Assembly: GCA_036172245.1 (NCBI GenBank)
Contig: JAYWIR010000004.1
Location: forward strand, 1,798,001 to 1,862,000
Length of the DNA: 64,000 nt
Reading direction: 5' to 3'
From: Raillietiella orientalis
Lineage: Eukaryota
A program made the position numbers and the translations under genes. Positions 61,101 to 64,000 of this stretch are shown here, in pieces. Positions within the stretch are counted from its first letter, which is position 1. Each line of letters opens with the position of its first letter. The notes under the pieces are model-generated. The model made no database searches, was not told the origin of the DNA, and saw only the letters and a program-made list of their open reading frames with translations.

Positions 61101-62706
61101 GGATCAGTGGAGGATGCCGGGAGAAACCTCTTCCTGCCACAGGGACCGTAGAGCGGCGCGGGAAGGGGAGTGGAGGTGGAGGAGGGGGAAAGGAAGACGC
61201 GTCTCCTTGATGCGGTCCGCAGGGCGCTCGCGCGCGTCCGGGCGCCGCAAGGAAGCGCAAGAGTCCCACTCACCGTAGAGTAGATGTCCAGCTCCTTGTA
61301 CGGATTGACTGATATGAGGATGGTACCCGTGTACGTCTGTGAGCCACGTTAAGGACACGGCGTGCGGTCCGGCTGGAGAGCGGGAGCGGTCTTCCACCGC
61401 ATCTCGAGCGAACCGCCAGCAGGGCAACAAACAAACGAACAAAATAGAAGGGATAGAGTCTATGGAACGAAGTGCGTGTGCAAACTCGAAGGACCAGGAC
61501 CACTATATTCCCCCAACGCAACCTCTTTCTCTCTCCCTCTGGAGCTCGACTAGCTGCCCCTCCATAGTCACAAGCAGGGGATTCGCCAGGAGCAAAGGGA
61601 GAGTCCCATCGTTAGCTTTGGAGGAGAGGAAAGTCTCCGCCGTCTCAGTCGTGGGAGCGAAAGAGGGAAAGAGGGCAGCAACCAGCTCCGCCGGGAAGCG
61701 CAGAGTGTTCGCCGCGGAAACGGCGAGCTTCCCGCGCGTTCCGTGAAACCACGCTCGTTCTCCCGAAGGACGCATCCCACCCGCCCGCGTTCTCGCGCGC
61801 GCGGAACGCTTTCTCCCTCTTCCCCTTTCTTCCTTCCCAGCACGAGGACGATCCCCGGTTCCGCTCTCATCGTCCGCGCCCCGAGCGCAAGAGAACAGGG
61901 GGCGGCGCGTGACAGGGAAAAGGAAGCGCAGCTTCGCGCTCAGGAGTCGCAAAAGGACCCTTCAGGAAAGCTTGGACAGAGGTGTTGCGGGACCCCCCTC
62001 ATACCCCTATCTTTTGAGTTGTGGTGCCTACTTCCCTCGGGGAGCTGTCGTCGCCAGGCGTCGCTAGGCTCTTGGGACAGGCAGGCGGCATGTCAGCTGC
62101 GTTGACGTCAGCGCATCCCCCTCGGAAAAAAAAAAGATCGACGGCCATCCCTCCTCTCGCCGCCTGCCCGTTCCAAGAGCCAGCCAGGTGCACTCAAGCG
62201 GCGGCTCCAGACGCCTACTGGAGGTGGATGTGACCCGTCAAGGAGAACCACGGATGCCGCCCGCGGCATGCATGCCGCTCATCCGGCTGCAAGAAGGGCA
62301 CCATTTTTCTCACTCGGCGGAGCAGGACGGGCAGGAGCCCTCCTGGGCTCAGGAACCGTCGGGATCAGACCAGGGAAGCCAAGCTGCGCAACAGCTCACG
62401 CAGCTGTAGGCCCAGAGCTGCCGCCGCCGCCGCCGCGCGAAAGCCGGAGCAGCGGACGCAGGAAGCAGCGGCGACATGCCGGACCCCCAACGCAAGAAGA
62501 CGACCGGAAGCGCGTGCGCGTCCAGCCTGAGGGACCAGACCACGGCGACGGAGCCGGTCCGCCCAGCACACCAGGAAGTCGCCCGCGGAAAAAGGATACA
62601 TAGATCTTGTCCTTGCTGTATCTGATCTGCAGGTTCCGGCTGATGGTGTTTTCGTTGATCTCGGAGATACGGATCATGTCCGCCACCTCGCCCTGGAGCT
62701 CGAGCG
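40105..62706 (-). CDS. Myo22: Unconventional myosin, class XXII-like (motor-IQ-MyTH4-FERM-MyTH4-FERM), 30 exons mapped, about 2150 aa, 5' exon not located
   Basis: Exons (minus strand): 62600-62706, 61274-61336, 58035-58124, 56200-56362, 54756-54946, 52171-52389, 51960-52124, 51663-51905, 51491-51616, 51200-51439, 50732-51126, 50517-50686, 50312-50448, 45117-45217, 44850-45021, 44333-44797, 43999-44191, 43792-43946, 43520-43744, 43337-43471, 43056-43285, 42778-43003, 42570-42728, 41966-42522, 41709-41908, 41357-41646, 41099-41306, 40528-41042, 40281-40484, 40105-40215; all GT-AG and in phase. Motifs: P-loop [33 protein letters not shown] motifs (IQKVWRG, IQSYVRG), two MyTH4 ([28 protein letters not shown]) and two FERM domains, no SH3. 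The class call rests on recalled class-XXII motifs ([33 protein letters not shown]). Confidence 0.9.
46115..46144. repeat. 13-bp perfect hairpin in a myosin intron
   Basis: ggatgaaaggagt-ggct-actcctttcatcc. Confidence 0.7.
49060..49690 (+). mobile_element. Degenerate non-LTR retrotransposon (LINE) AP-endonuclease relic, antisense within a myosin intron
   Basis: Collinear degenerate APE motifs: KVIFMQATQ (cf. DIIxLQET, different frame), ILAVQY..RIFAVH (cf. xxxNVYAP), PLIAGDLD (cf. IIxGDFN), PTIDLL (cf. S/TRIDY) and ESDMLL (cf. SDH). Catalytic residues are mutated. Confidence 0.45.
52645..53350 (+). mobile_element. SINE-like copy with tRNA-like head inside a myosin intron
   Basis: Head ggcccgcgTTGGCggccgtgTGG...cgGGCTCGAATCCc, central domain gatgacgctggttggcccacggg..gtgcggcactagtgggaaccggatgcccc, and a body (gttctcttcagaggag..ccctccgga..aaccagg) matching 29010-29580 in reverse. 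Confidence 0.8.
57510..57550. repeat. (GGAA)n microsatellite / purine tract
   Basis: gaggaaggaaggaaggaaggaaggggagaaggaggag. Confidence 0.6.
61337..62599 (-). other. U12-type GT-AG intron in the myosin motor domain (KIY|TYTG)
   Basis: 5' splice site GTATCCTTT (62599-62591) and branch motif TCCTTAAC (61355-61348) 11 nt before the end of the intron (...gtggctcacag|ACG). Confidence 0.85.
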
Positions 62707-64000
62707 CTGGAACAAAGGGGAGAAAAAAGAGCACAGATGAGATGCTGCGTAGGGGTGGTGGCGGCGATCGCGGGAGACGTTCCTGACCGGTACTCCTGCC
62801 AGCGCCGATCGGCAAGAGGAAACATCTCCCTCGCGGTGCACGTGATTTGGCGGTGGAGAGTGCGCGAACCCAGCATCGGGGGAGGAGGTTACACCACGCC
62901 CTCGGTCGCTTTTGAGTTGAGAAGGCCGTTGGGCAGGTCGCAAACGGGCGCAGAGCACATAGATCGAGAATCGCACTGCGAGAAGTAGAAGCGTGATGCT
63001 GGGAGGGGCGAAGATGTCGGAGGAAGGCCGATCTTTGAGAGGGCAAAAAAAAGTCGAACCGGCCGGACAGCCGGGGTTTTCCTCTGAAATGGGATTGCGT
63101 CGTCGACCTGACGTCGACCCCATGCTGAAGAAGATGCGAGGCAGAAGGATTTCAAGGAATAGCCGAAGAGAGGGACAGGAGCGACGTGCGCTGCGCCAGC
63201 TGCAGCGACGGCCGAGGAAAAGTTCCTCTGCTTCTCGGGAAGTGTGCAGCACAGCCCGGTTCAGATACCCAGCTGAGATTTCTGCCCACCAGCAGAGCAT
63301 CCCTCCCTCAGGCAACGGGTACGGGAATCGTGAGAAAATTGGAGGCGAAGGACTGCGGAAGTCGGTCGACCACCTTCTGGAAGCGACTGAATAGACCGGA
63401 ATCATCTTCAGCAGCCGAAGAGAGGTCATCTTCAATCCCCAATCCCCTCTCCCGATCCTCCATCTCAACAGTACGCTTTGTCGCCGATCCGCAAGCTGCA
63501 AGACAACCCAAGATCGCTCCGCTGGCTGGAAATGAGGATGCTGGAAATAGCCAAGAGGGGTCAACAAGCAGTTGAGGAACTACAGCAGGTTAGAAACCAC
63601 GGGAAATCCAATGGAGCGAGTGAGTGAGGGCAACCAGGATGAAGGCTGCAGGGCGATGCCGTCTTCGAAAGTCCGTTGTCGAAACACAGGGACAAGGAAC
63701 TTGAGAGCGAGGAAAGGCGGGGACGATGGCGCATTCTTAGCGCGCGGGGGAGTTTGCCGTCGCAGCCGCAGTTCCACCCTCCTCTTCATGCAGGGAGGCA
63801 GAGAAGTTGGTCCATCGCCTCTGCTGGACGCTGGACTGTGCTGATTTTGCCGAACTGCAGTCGATTGAGAGAGTACGGCCAAGTGCCTGGGGTATATTCC
63901 CTGCCAGTGGCCGTTGCGAAGGGCGAGTAGCCGTGTAACGAGCGCTTGCGTTCCGTCTGTAAGGATGGCAAGAAAGGCTTCCGTTGAAGAGGAGGGTTTT

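Noticed and set aside
63308..63511. Candidate first coding exon of the myosin (MEDRERGLGIEDDLSS...)
   Set aside because: There is no convincing donor in the required phase and no homology support; the true first exon may lie outside the window.
1..64000. CRISPR arrays, rRNA, snRNA/SL RNA genes, prokaryotic operons or defence systems
   Set aside because: No regularly spaced repeats or recognisable structural RNA sequences were seen, and the gene structure is spliceosomal and eukaryotic throughout.

Overview
Eukaryotic (invertebrate animal-like) genomic DNA with strong GC swings: GC/CpG-rich at about 1-13 kb, 27-30 kb and 47-64 kb, and AT-rich/CpG-poor at about 15.3-26 kb. Three protein-coding genes can be rebuilt by hand. 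(1) CCT7 (TCP-1 eta, + strand) has nearly its whole CDS in one 1.62-kb exon behind a long AT-rich first intron. (2) A 14-exon WDR27-like gene (- strand, about 829 aa). (3) A 30-exon MyTH4-FERM myosin of class XXII (- strand, about 2150 aa; first coding exon not located), whose poly(A) signal lies only about 260 bp upstream of the WDR27 ATG. Both minus-strand genes carry a minor-spliceosome (U12-type) intron, and the WDR27 one appears to need a non-canonical GT-TG junction. A long (~0.95 kb) tRNA-headed, A-tailed SINE-like family occurs at least 7 times, and a myosin intron holds a decayed non-LTR endonuclease. Other oddities are a 270-nt almost G-free tract resembling single-strand cytosine-deamination hypermutation, a candidate 15-nt CCT7 microexon, a pre-miRNA-like hairpin and a 36-bp perfect palindrome. 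Most ORFs in the supplied track are GC-rich noise. No prokaryotic systems (CRISPR etc.) were seen. All homology calls are from motif recognition, not database searches.
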